In this document: positions 7,594 through 15,428 of the stretch, piece after piece
Layout: the number at the start of each line of letters is the position of its first letter
Position numbering within the stretch: the stretch's first letter is position 1
The notes under the pieces: model-generated
What the model saw: the letters and a program-made list of their open reading frames with translations, nothing else
The model's database searches: none
What the model was told of the DNA's origin: nothing
Made by a program: the position numbers and the translations under genes
Virus record (IMG/VR): IMGVR_UViG_3300029733_000185
Reading direction: 5' to 3' (one strand)
Length of the DNA: 21,997 nucleotides
Origin: a virus
Lineage: Duplodnaviria > Heunggongvirae > Uroviricota > Caudoviricetes

Positions 7594-8265
7594 TCAATCC
7601 CACAAATCGTAAAAATGTTCTTTCATCAAATCGAACGCTTTATCCTTGCATTCGTGACGATAAGCCTCAATGTCTCGCTGTTCTTGAGAGTATTTATCCC
7701 AGATTTCTTGATATTCAGGAGCCTTAGTTAATCCATAAATAATCCTACAGCCCGTATTCTTTTCGTGTTCTATATCTTCTTCAGAACGCAACTTCTCTCC
7801 GAAAATTCCATACTTTCTTTCGAACTCTTCTTGTGCGTTTTGGTATTCTTGTTCATATCGATTTTTCTTTGAACACGTTGTCTCATTGGCCTCTCGCCAT
7901 AAGAAAATCATTTCATCAAGAATTTTATCCCATTTGTCATGGCAAGCGCCAATCTCATCTCCGTCTTCATTGAAATCTTCAAGCACAACCGGAGAACTAT
8001 GACGAGTATTTTTAAGTTCCGTAAGCATCGCCGGAAACAAATCTTCCAAAAAATCACACAGAGACCAAACATCTCTGTCACAATAACCCTTTATCGCTCT
8101 CTGCTTTGAATATTTCAGCGATTTGGACAGTTGCTTAAAAAATCCTATTACCTTGATTTTTTCTCCGTAACCAGACATTGCAAATTCTTGACCATTCCAA
8201 ACATTAATGAAATTATCATCATTATATAAATTTTCTAAAAATTTTGCTTTGATTTTTCTAAACAT
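7594..8265 (-). CDS. Hypothetical protein (phage/plasmid-type, ends FYDLWD)
   Basis: Long ORF; GAGGTG RBS favours ATG 8265 (MFRKIK) over GTG 8274. Confidence 0.85.
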   Translation of the reverse strand: MFRKIKAKFLENLYNDDNFINVWNGQEFAMSGYGEKIKVIGFFKQLSKSLKYSKQRAIKGYCDRDVWSLCDFLEDLFPAMLTELKNTRHSSPVVLEDFNEDGDEIGACHDKWDKILDEMIFLWREANETTCSKKNRYEQEYQNAQEEFERKYGIFGEKLRSEEDIEHEKNTGCRIIYGLTKAPEYQEIWDKYSQEQRDIEAYRHECKDKAFDLMKEHFYDLWD

Positions 8266-8297
8266 ACTGTCCACCTCTACATTCTTGAATAAATGCA

Positions 8298-8444
8298 GAA
8301 AAAGAGCGCCTGCTTAATTGCAAGTGCTCTTTCTCCCAGGTCTTTCCTGAAACATTGAACCATTGTTGGCTCAATCTCTGTCTACACGCGCAATTTCGGC
8401 CTTGCGCTATCTACACACCATAAGGCTCTCTAAAAGCCTCTGGC
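8298..8444 (-). ncRNA. Candidate structured sRNA / leader RNA (~147 nt, five hairpins)
   Basis: TGGTATAAT (8459-8451), then hairpins GCCAGAGGCTTT/AGAGCCTTATGGT, GCGCAA/TTGCGC, ATTGAGCCA/TGGTTCAAT, CAGG/CCTG and terminator AAAGAGCACTTGC/GCAGGCGCTCTTTTT. Confidence 0.65.
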
Positions 8445-8472
8445 AATATAATTATACCACAAAAAGCCCTTC

Positions 8473-8997
8473 CTATTCTTGAGCCAAGATATACGGGATT
8501 TGATCAGCAGATATTTCCCCAGCAAGAAACATTTCCAGCGCCAGCTTTACATGCACAAGCGACTCCAATGTTACAGAAAAACAATGTTCTAAATAAGAAT
8601 AATTAACCTCAGCATAAGCGGTATGTAGAGAATCAATTAAAACCACTTGATTTCCATTAAACTCGTAAACAAGTTTCTGGTCCATAATCAGTGAGTTAAT
8701 TACATTCACACCCACAAGGATTTCTTTTATCTGTTCTCGGTTCACTTCCGGAATAATAATAAAATCCATACAGACATTTCCGGTTTCTTTGCTAATGGAA
8801 ACAATAAACTCGGTGTGCAGCTCTGTCTCGTCTCGAAGCACAACGCCTACGCCGGACGCCATGTACATGATTACACTGTCTGAAGAAATCTTTCGATACG
8901 GCAAATGCTGATTTTTTAACAGCTTCTCAATTCTTGATTTGTTAACCTCTGCGACAGATTTGTATGATTTGCTTGCTGAATGCTGATTGTTTGACAT
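8473..8997 (-). CDS. Hypothetical protein, possibly YbjN/chaperone-like alpha-beta fold
   Basis: 174-aa ORF downstream of a family-A box; fold guess from pattern only; weak RBS. Confidence 0.7.
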   Translation of the reverse strand: MSNNQHSASKSYKSVAEVNKSRIEKLLKNQHLPYRKISSDSVIMYMASGVGVVLRDETELHTEFIVSISKETGNVCMDFIIIPEVNREQIKEILVGVNVINSLIMDQKLVYEFNGNQVVLIDSLHTAYAEVNYSYLEHCFSVTLESLVHVKLALEMFLAGEISADQIPYILAQE

Positions 8998-9055
8998 AAT
9001 GACTCTATTGTGTGTTGACCTTTCTAAAGTATAACGCTATTTAGTATCTTCTGTT

Positions 9056-9113
9056 TATTAATACTGCAATTTATGAAAAAGAAAAAAGAGCCAGTACAAA
9101 ACTGGCTCTTTTT
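9056..9113 (-). repeat. Family-A module: terminator + TGCAGTATTAATA box
   Basis: Plus tattaatactgcaatttatgaaaaagaaaaaagagccagtacaaaactggctcttttt. Confidence 0.85.
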
Positions 9114-9145
9114 ATTTAAATTATATAGGTACAAAGTTCGTTTTG

Positions 9146-9167
9146 GTAAGGACATAAATGTCCTTAC
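9146..9167. repeat. Perfect 10-bp inverted repeat GTAAGGACAT-AA-ATGTCCTTAC
   Basis: Read directly; flanks extend it imperfectly (AGAGGTTC...GAACTTT on minus). Confidence 0.8.
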
Positions 9168-9199
9168 GTTTGGAACCTCTACTCCTTATTTCTTTTTGC

Positions 9200-9685
9200 T
9201 TATCTTGAATAGAATCGTACGATCTTGACCATTTTGTTAAATATACCTTGCGGAGTATCCTTACTTAAATTCGCCTCATACATAGCGCCATCTTGATAAA
9301 CATTAACATTGCCTTCTTTGAGGCCATAGTAGCATTCAAACCAGTTCTTCATACCGCCGATATAAATGTCAGGATCGTAATCAAAATACGGGTTATTTTT
9401 AATGCGTTCAACTAACGCTTTGGGAAATTCCGAAGGTGAACGATAACAAGAGCCCCTAAAAAATACATCGACTTCTCCATTTACGGTCAGTTTGGTATTA
9501 AAAATTTTTCCGGATGGCAGTAAAAATTCAGCAAATGCAATTTCTTCACCATGGTCAAACAATACTGAACTAACATATGGAGTTAAATCCTTTTTACATT
9601 CAAAACAAAGACATTTAATATCTTCGTTTTTTAAAACATCCTGATTTATGTTTTCAATATAAACATAATTGTTATTTTTTTTCAT
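9200..9685 (-). CDS. Hypothetical protein (161 aa)
   Basis: RBS AAAAGGAGAGATTTGTATG. Confidence 0.85.
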   Translation of the reverse strand: MKKNNNYVYIENINQDVLKNEDIKCLCFECKKDLTPYVSSVLFDHGEEIAFAEFLLPSGKIFNTKLTVNGEVDVFFRGSCYRSPSEFPKALVERIKNNPYFDYDPDIYIGGMKNWFECYYGLKEGNVNVYQDGAMYEANLSKDTPQGIFNKMVKIVRFYSR

Positions 9686-9746
9686 ACAAATCTCTCCTTT
9701 TAATATTTTTTGTATTTATACTTCTTTTTTATCACAACATTTGATT

Positions 9747-9772
9747 AAAAAAAAGAGCGTTTGCTCTCTTTT
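9747..9772 (-). terminator. Intrinsic terminator
   Basis: AGAGC-AAAC-GCTCT followed by a T run on minus; A/T flanks extend the stem. Confidence 0.65.
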
Positions 9773-9818
9773 AATTAAATTACAACTCAAGCCATAAAAC
9801 GCAAAGGCTTATTTCAAC

Positions 9819-9932
9819 CTTTTGAACAAGGACCCCCTACTACTGTACAAATTTAAGATTTGGAACCTTATAAGTTTACACGGTTTCAAAAAGCATATTA
9901 AGAGTACAGGTAAAAGGAACGTCGTACAAAAG
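9819..9932 (-). other. Rod-shaped imperfect hairpin with central bubble and promoter-like geometry
   Basis: Minus pairings CTTTTG/CAAAAG, TCCTTTTAC/GTAGGGGG, CTGTAC/GTACAG, bubble, TTTGAAACC/GGTTCCAAA; TTGTAC-17-TACTCT on the 5' arm. Confidence 0.5.
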
Positions 9933-9958
9933 AAAGGCAAAAGATAATATTAAAAAGT

Positions 9959-10573
9959 TTAATTCAATGAAACATCATAATTATTCTCAATTGAGCCTTC
10001 CGGTATATAAATAACTGTTTTAACAATATCATCACCGCGCATTGTCGCAGAAGTTTCGCGTACCACATCACCTGCATTATAATTTTTATATAGGAAATAT
10101 TCTCGAAAAGTATTATTCCAAAATGTAGGTTTTGAAGTGAGTATTTTCTGACTAACTGCAACATATTCTTCAACCTTAGGTGTCTCGTCATCAGCGCAAT
10201 ATTTTAACGTTACCTCATCAGAACAAACCTTTTGCAAATTAATATTGTCATCATTATCTTTCGTGTAAAAAACATAATAGGATTCATTTCCAACTGAACC
10301 GTACCCAAGGAAAAACCTTCCTTCCTTTGAATTATCTAAATTCAAAGCAATAACCTCTTTGGTATCTGCTACTTTTTCAACACGCTTAAGCTTGGTAGAA
10401 TTATTTATATTGAGGTTAACGGCTATCACAAGAGAAAGAAAGATAATCGTCATATATAAAGACGGAATTTGAACGGCTAAAGAAAACTTCGCACCATTGG
10501 TACGTTTAATACACAAAGCCCAAATAATAACAATAAACATGCACGCTGCCAAACAATATAAAAAATATTTCAT
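9959..10573 (-). CDS. Membrane-anchored hypothetical protein (2 N-terminal TM helices, GRFFLGYG motif)
   Basis: Start re-set to ATG 10573 (MKYFLY) behind AAAGGAGG. Confidence 0.85.
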   Translation of the reverse strand: MKYFLYCLAACMFIVIIWALCIKRTNGAKFSLAVQIPSLYMTIIFLSLVIAVNLNINNSTKLKRVEKVADTKEVIALNLDNSKEGRFFLGYGSVGNESYYVFYTKDNDDNINLQKVCSDEVTLKYCADDETPKVEEYVAVSQKILTSKPTFWNNTFREYFLYKNYNAGDVVRETSATMRGDDIVKTVIYIPEGSIENNYDVSLN

Positions 10574-10765
10574 AAAAAAATCCTCCTTTGAAATATCAAA
10601 ATTCTTACGAGCATTATTGATTATTTTCCCTGTCCAAGAAGCCATTCTTTTAGAAGCTCTCAAATCGGAGATGTACATTACAAGCCAGAAAGCAGCCCAT
10701 CCGCTGCCTTTGGGTGAAAGATACGTGGCGTATGTTAATTCTACAAGCCCTTGATGTGCTCTGTC

Positions 10766-10823
10766 TATTAATACTGCAATTTATGAAAAAGAAAAAAGAG
10801 CCAGCTTTGTACTAGCTCCTTTT
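10766..10823 (-). repeat. Family-A module
   Basis: tattaatactgcaatttatgaaaaagaaaaaagagccag is identical to the 9056 copy; second arm degenerate (ctagctcctttt). Confidence 0.85.
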
Positions 10824-10901
10824 GTTAGCAAAATCCTTAGCATATTTTTGAGTAAATTCAAACATTTTAGGGTTATTTAGCAAAATTGCTATTTATTCTG
10901 T
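10812..10901 (-). pseudogene. Orphan duplicate of the recG 3' end
   Basis: 10831-10901 matches 11584-11654 at 65/71; translates TE*IAILLNNPKMFEFTQKYAKDFANKRS*. Confidence 0.85.
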
Positions 10902-11396
10902 TTCAAGTTTTGAGCAGATATAATGTAATCCATCATATTCAATTCTTTCATTGCACTCAGGAAAGCATTTTGCAATACTTATGTTAACTAATTCCAAAAT
11001 ATACTTCGGACATTTTAGTACTCCTAAATATTCATTTAGAAAATCAGCATAATCTGCAGGCGAAGTAATTCCGTTTTGTTCTAATTCTTCTTGGGAAAGT
11101 GGCAAACGATGTGTTTTTTTGTGAATTTCTACAAATGTTGAAATAAGGTACACGAACGAATACATCGTCATTACAAAAAGTGACATAAAAGCACAATACA
11201 CACATATTGTAGTGAAATCTTTATGGAGACAATATCCAATTACTATTGCTACAACATTAGACAACACAAAAATCAGGTCTCTGAAAATCCGAAAAGCGTA
11301 TTTTTGGATTGTCTTTTTAATATAAGTCTTTCGGTATTCTCTTAATTCTTTGGATTTGTCGGACAAATTGGCATAATCTTGCATTTGAAACCCCAT
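10893..11396 (-). CDS. Membrane protein (2 TM helices), apparently an inserted gene
   Basis: Hydrophobic LIFVLSNVVAIVIGYCL and ICVYCAFMSLFVMTMYSFVYLI. Start uncertain (ATG 11396 or 11384); the track's GTG 11510 lies inside a family-A box. Confidence 0.75.
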   Translation of the reverse strand: MGFQMQDYANLSDKSKELREYRKTYIKKTIQKYAFRIFRDLIFVLSNVVAIVIGYCLHKDFTTICVYCAFMSLFVMTMYSFVYLISTFVEIHKKTHRLPLSQEELEQNGITSPADYADFLNEYLGVLKCPKYILELVNISIAKCFPECNERIEYDGLHYICSKLETE

Positions 11397-11498
11397 AATT
11401 CTAAAATTTTTAATATTATATTGTATTTTTTCAAATCTGGAGAACACCTTTCTGTCGTGTTCTATACGGATATTTATTTTTTCTAACACCTTTCGTTG

Positions 11499-11555
11499 TA
11501 TTAATACCACTTTTGTGAAAAACAGAAAAGGTCATACAAAATGTGCGGCTTTTTT
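11499..11555 (-). repeat. Family-A module, degenerate copy after recG
   Basis: tattaataccacttttgtgaaaaacagaaaag plus imperfect hairpin ending ggctttttt. Confidence 0.6.
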
Positions 11556-11564
11556 ATAAAAAAA

Positions 11565-13532
11565 TCAAACAGGAATTCTACTCAAATCTTCAGCATATTT
11601 TTGAGTGAACTCAAACATTTTAGGGTTATTTAGCAAAATTGCTATTTCTTCCGTAAAACCTGACTGCGCAACGCCTGTTAAATCTCCGGATCCACGTTGT
11701 TTTAAGTCTTGTTTTGCGATTTCAAAACCGTCATTCGTTTCAACCAAAGCTTTTAGTCTTTGATTATCTTGTTTGTCTGAAATTAACAAACAATAAGACT
11801 GCAAATTGCTTCTGCCTACTCTGCCCCTTAACTGATGCAGCGAAGCCAAGCCAAACATTTCCGCATTTGATATTGCAATCACTGTTGCATTTGGAACATT
11901 GACGCCCACCTCTATCACAGTGGTTGAAACCAATATTTGAATTTTATTATCGCAAAAATCTTTTAAAACCGCAGTTTTTTCTTCTGCCTTTGTCTTCCCG
12001 GTCAATGATTTAACCACGACAGAAGAATTATGTTGGGCGAAATATTTTTCCAGCATTGCGGTTAATTGTTTTACAGACAGAACATTCTTCTGCTTTCCTG
12101 AACCACTTTCGATTTTTGGTGCGACAACATAACACTGATGCCCTTTCCTAATTTCTTGATCTAAAAATTCAAAAGCATTTTCATAATCATTTTCAATTTT
12201 AGTGGTCACAGGAAGCCTTCCTTGAGGCTTTTCTTTAATGGTATATACATTTATCGAGTTGCCATAAAAAGTCGTTGCAAGCGTTCGTGGGATAGGTGTG
12301 GCAGACATTGAAAGCGAATGAACTTCGCCAAGAGTCTTATTTCTTAATTTCTCTCTTTGTGAAACACCAAACTTATGTTCTTCGTCCGTAATAATCAGTG
12401 CCAAATTATTATATTCAATGCTGTCATTTAATACGCTGTGTGTTCCGACAATAATATCATAACTGCCATTATTTATGTCTTGTATTATCTTTTTTCTTTG
12501 TGAAGCCTTTATATTAGAAGTTAACAAGGCTATTCTCAAACCAAACGGTTCGCACAATTCTTTTATGTCTTGAAAATGTTGTTCCGCAAGCACCGATGTA
12601 GGTGCAACCAACACAGACTGATAATGCGATTTTGCCATTGCGGCCATAATCATAATTGCCACAATTGTTTTACCAGATCCGACATCACCCTGAATTAAGG
12701 CAGTTTCGCACTTCCCTTTTTTCATATTGGAAAGAATTGAGTTTATTGTCTGCTTTTGGTCATTAGTAAGTTCAAATGGCAATCTTGCAGCAATTTCTTT
12801 TATAATTCTAAAGTCAGTAGGAACAAAATTCGTCTGAGAACAATTTTTATTATCTTGTTTTGCAAGTTTGATTGAAAACTTCAAAAGCTTTTCAAAATCC
12901 AAAGTAGTTAAAGCTCTTTTTAATCTTTTGAAATTTGTCGGAAAATGAACTTCTTTGTATGCTTCTTCTAAAGTCATCAGATTACATTCTTTTCGGATAT
13001 ATTCAGGAATCCAATCTCGAAACTCATATTCATTAACGCATTTCGTCAACACTTCCCTGAAATTATCGTAGTCTTTTTCAGCTATACCGGTATATACCGG
13101 CAAGATAGTCAAGGCTTCATTTTTGCTTTCTGTTGTAATTTTTGGATTTTGCAACGAAAAGGTTCTGAACTTTTCATCGTAATGTAATGTTCCGCATACA
13201 TGAATAGGATGACCGCTCATTCGATACAAAATTGGGCGCATATATGCTTGACCAAACCACATTACATTCACTTTTTTGTTCGTGATTTTGTCAATACAAT
13301 GTCCTACGAAATATGTTATATGTGTAGTTGTTTTTCCCTCTTTATAATCATTGAGATGCAAACACATACAAACTTCATTACCGACATTCTCGAAAGTTGC
13401 ACTTTGCGGATGCGTAAAATCAATATATTTTCTCGGAACAAACTTAACGATATCTTCTTGATCCGGTTCTTTAGGCAATTTGACTTTTGAAATCGACAAG
13501 AGTTCGATTATATTCTTATATTCGATAAACAT
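11565..13532 (-). CDS. recG: ATP-dependent DNA helicase RecG
   Basis: LPFELTNDQ, QGDVGSGKT, APTSVLAEQH, DEEHKFGV.QR, SATPIPRTL, TTVIEVGVNVP, HQLRGRVGR, DGFEIA..DL..RG.GDL.G..QSG; AGGAGG RBS. Confidence 0.95.
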   Translation of the reverse strand: MFIEYKNIIELLSISKVKLPKEPDQEDIVKFVPRKYIDFTHPQSATFENVGNEVCMCLHLNDYKEGKTTTHITYFVGHCIDKITNKKVNVMWFGQAYMRPILYRMSGHPIHVCGTLHYDEKFRTFSLQNPKITTESKNEALTILPVYTGIAEKDYDNFREVLTKCVNEYEFRDWIPEYIRKECNLMTLEEAYKEVHFPTNFKRLKRALTTLDFEKLLKFSIKLAKQDNKNCSQTNFVPTDFRIIKEIAARLPFELTNDQKQTINSILSNMKKGKCETALIQGDVGSGKTIVAIMIMAAMAKSHYQSVLVAPTSVLAEQHFQDIKELCEPFGLRIALLTSNIKASQRKKIIQDINNGSYDIIVGTHSVLNDSIEYNNLALIITDEEHKFGVSQREKLRNKTLGEVHSLSMSATPIPRTLATTFYGNSINVYTIKEKPQGRLPVTTKIENDYENAFEFLDQEIRKGHQCYVVAPKIESGSGKQKNVLSVKQLTAMLEKYFAQHNSSVVVKSLTGKTKAEEKTAVLKDFCDNKIQILVSTTVIEVGVNVPNATVIAISNAEMFGLASLHQLRGRVGRSNLQSYCLLISDKQDNQRLKALVETNDGFEIAKQDLKQRGSGDLTGVAQSGFTEEIAILLNNPKMFEFTQKYAEDLSRIPV

Positions 13533-13548
13533 AATTAGCCTCCTGCAT

Positions 13549-13606
13549 TATTAATACTACAATTTACAAAAAAAGAAAAAAGAGCCAGTATAAAGCTGGC
13601 TCTTTT
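13549..13606 (-). repeat. Family-A module immediately upstream of recG
   Basis: tattaatactacaatttacaaaaaaagaaaaaagagccagtataaagctggctctttt; recG RBS begins about 4 nt past the box. Confidence 0.85.
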
Positions 13607-13650
13607 GTTTTAATTGCTGCTCATATAGGCGTAAAATAAGCAGCTTTGTG

Positions 13651-15414
13651 TTATTTTGTTGTAAATGTTTTGGTTGTCCAACCGGAATAAAGATAACTCC
13701 AAGATGAACCGTTCTTTACCAGGTTGTATTGACAAATTTTTACGGTATATTTTTTGTGACGCTTCAAACCGGACAACTTGACGCCATAGATTTGATTGCT
13801 GTCAGATTTGATGGTCTTAAAGCTGTTGCCGTAGCCATATTTAATTTCAACACCACTAAATGCAGATGTCTTTTTCCACTTAATGTTTGCTGTTCCCTTT
13901 CCGGCACTTACGGATGAGAAGGCTGCAGTCTTTGGATATGTACCGCCGGTCATATATAACGGATCTCCGTAATACTTTTTGCCGTTTACGGTCTTGTATT
14001 TTTTGATGCGTACTGTGGCTTGGCCTCCGGTTGCGACGCCATTGATCTTATAGCTTGTGGTTTTGTTGTTGGTAATGGTCTTTACGGCCTTCCACTTTCC
14101 ACCGGATTTCTTTTCGACAATATAGCCGGTGACATTTTTATCCCGTAGCCAATACACAGTCGTATAACCATTTCCGGCCTTAAATGGCATTTTTGACATT
14201 GTAAACTCACCGTCCGACGGACGAATAGTAAACGTCTTTGTGATTTTACCGCTGTAATTGCCAATTCCGGTAATGACGACGTTTGCAGTGCCAATCTTTT
14301 TATTGTTGGAATAAGATACTTTGTAGTCTTTGTCTTTCCGCAGAGTTGTCTTGCCCAGTTTAACTGTTACGCCAGGCGTTTTAGATTTGTTATTGTATTC
14401 GTAGCTTGTAGATGACAGCTTGACATTCGCTTTTGCAATTGAAGGCTTTGAATAAGACTTGGTACTCATATTGTTACCGTAGGTCTTTGCAAAGTAGCCA
14501 CCAGTAAACACTTCTGTTCTGGTGTGCATCTCTTTTGCTGTTTTGGTGTCACACATATCTCTATCGCTCTTCAAAAAGTAGCGGTATTTATTATTGGTTT
14601 GCCCGGCGTCGTTATAGGTATCGTCCCAAGTAGCATCAATGTTGTAGTATTTTCCGTTTAACTTAACGATATTCCAGGCGTGAGTATCGGAATTAACGAT
14701 TCGGTCGTTATATCCCATCTCTTCATTCAGACGATGAATAGCTAAAGCATAACCCTGACATACAGATTTGTGATAAACGAACGGACCTGCAGCTGAATAT
14801 GCGTATGACCGATTATGGTTCTTTGCTGCATCGTAATCATAGGTGTTGATTTTCAACACGTAATCGTGGATCGCTTTCAAATTGTCATAATCAGACAAAT
14901 GTTTAGCCTTAAGCGACTTCACGAACCAGTTGACAGCGGATTTAACTTGCTGTTCTTCTTTTGCTGTATCTTTGTAATCTGCTTTGATTGTAAATTGTCC
15001 GTAATATCTGCCCTCGTATCGAACCATCTTTACGCTGCCTGTGGTTTGATTTAACTGATATTTCAAATAGTCTCCATCAGTGGAATTCACAGACAGCTGA
15101 TCGTCAATTGCATTAAAAAGCAGATCTTCATAAAGCAGATTAAAGTTTTTATATCCTCCGTACTGCTGATTGAGTGCTACATTCAATGTAAATGAAGTAT
15201 TGCGCTGTACCAGATTATCTCTGTATTGCTCGTATAATTCCTTACCGGGCGTTAAATACATTTTCCCACCATAAAGATACATGTTACTCTTTACGGTTGG
15301 GTTAATTTCCACTGCTGTTTTTGTCGGTTCTGCAGCAATTACGTTATACGGCAACACCGCCATTTGTCCGGCCATTAAAGCAGCCAGCAGAACACTGCCG
15401 ATTTGTTTTACCAA
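13651..15414 (-). CDS. Secreted transglutaminase-like cysteine protease domain + Fn3/Ig-like repeats
   Basis: Signal peptide; triad VCQGYA / HAWNIV / IDATWD; beta-rich basic C-terminal repeats; TTG start behind AAGGGGG. Confidence 0.85.
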   Translation of the reverse strand: MVKQIGSVLLAALMAGQMAVLPYNVIAAEPTKTAVEINPTVKSNMYLYGGKMYLTPGKELYEQYRDNLVQRNTSFTLNVALNQQYGGYKNFNLLYEDLLFNAIDDQLSVNSTDGDYLKYQLNQTTGSVKMVRYEGRYYGQFTIKADYKDTAKEEQQVKSAVNWFVKSLKAKHLSDYDNLKAIHDYVLKINTYDYDAAKNHNRSYAYSAAGPFVYHKSVCQGYALAIHRLNEEMGYNDRIVNSDTHAWNIVKLNGKYYNIDATWDDTYNDAGQTNNKYRYFLKSDRDMCDTKTAKEMHTRTEVFTGGYFAKTYGNNMSTKSYSKPSIAKANVKLSSTSYEYNNKSKTPGVTVKLGKTTLRKDKDYKVSYSNNKKIGTANVVITGIGNYSGKITKTFTIRPSDGEFTMSKMPFKAGNGYTTVYWLRDKNVTGYIVEKKSGGKWKAVKTITNNKTTSYKINGVATGGQATVRIKKYKTVNGKKYYGDPLYMTGGTYPKTAAFSSVSAGKGTANIKWKKTSAFSGVEIKYGYGNSFKTIKSDSNQIYGVKLSGLKRHKKYTVKICQYNLVKNGSSWSYLYSGWTTKTFTTK

Positions 15415-15428
15415 TTTCTATTTCCCCC

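Noticed and set aside
8379..8416. GTGTAGAT resembles the 3' end of Cas12a direct repeats (mini-array or RNA anti-CRISPR)
   Set aside because: The AATTTCTAC 5' half is missing, only two 7-9 nt matches exist, and no cas genes are present.
6396..8470. tRNA gene near the Thg1-like gene
   Set aside because: No cloverleaf or GTTCRA T-loop with acceptor stem found in the intergenic regions.
10679..10750. GGGCTTGTA as IS200/605 end or IscB omega-RNA remnant
   Set aside because: Match too short; no tnpA/tnpB/iscB sequence or typical terminal hairpin.
11443..11494. Direct repeat AACACCTTTC upstream of the captured gene
   Set aside because: Two 10-mers only; cannot be distinguished from chance without homologues.
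1..13532. Prophage or jumbo-phage interpretation
   Set aside because: Gene content is phage-like, but there are no structural, terminase or lysis genes and a VirD4 operon is adjacent; a phage-plasmid is not excluded.
3496..13606. Family-A repeats as integron attC or Xer/dif sites
   Set aside because: No RYYYAAC/GTTRRRY ends or XerC/D arm layout, and no tyrosine recombinase in the window.
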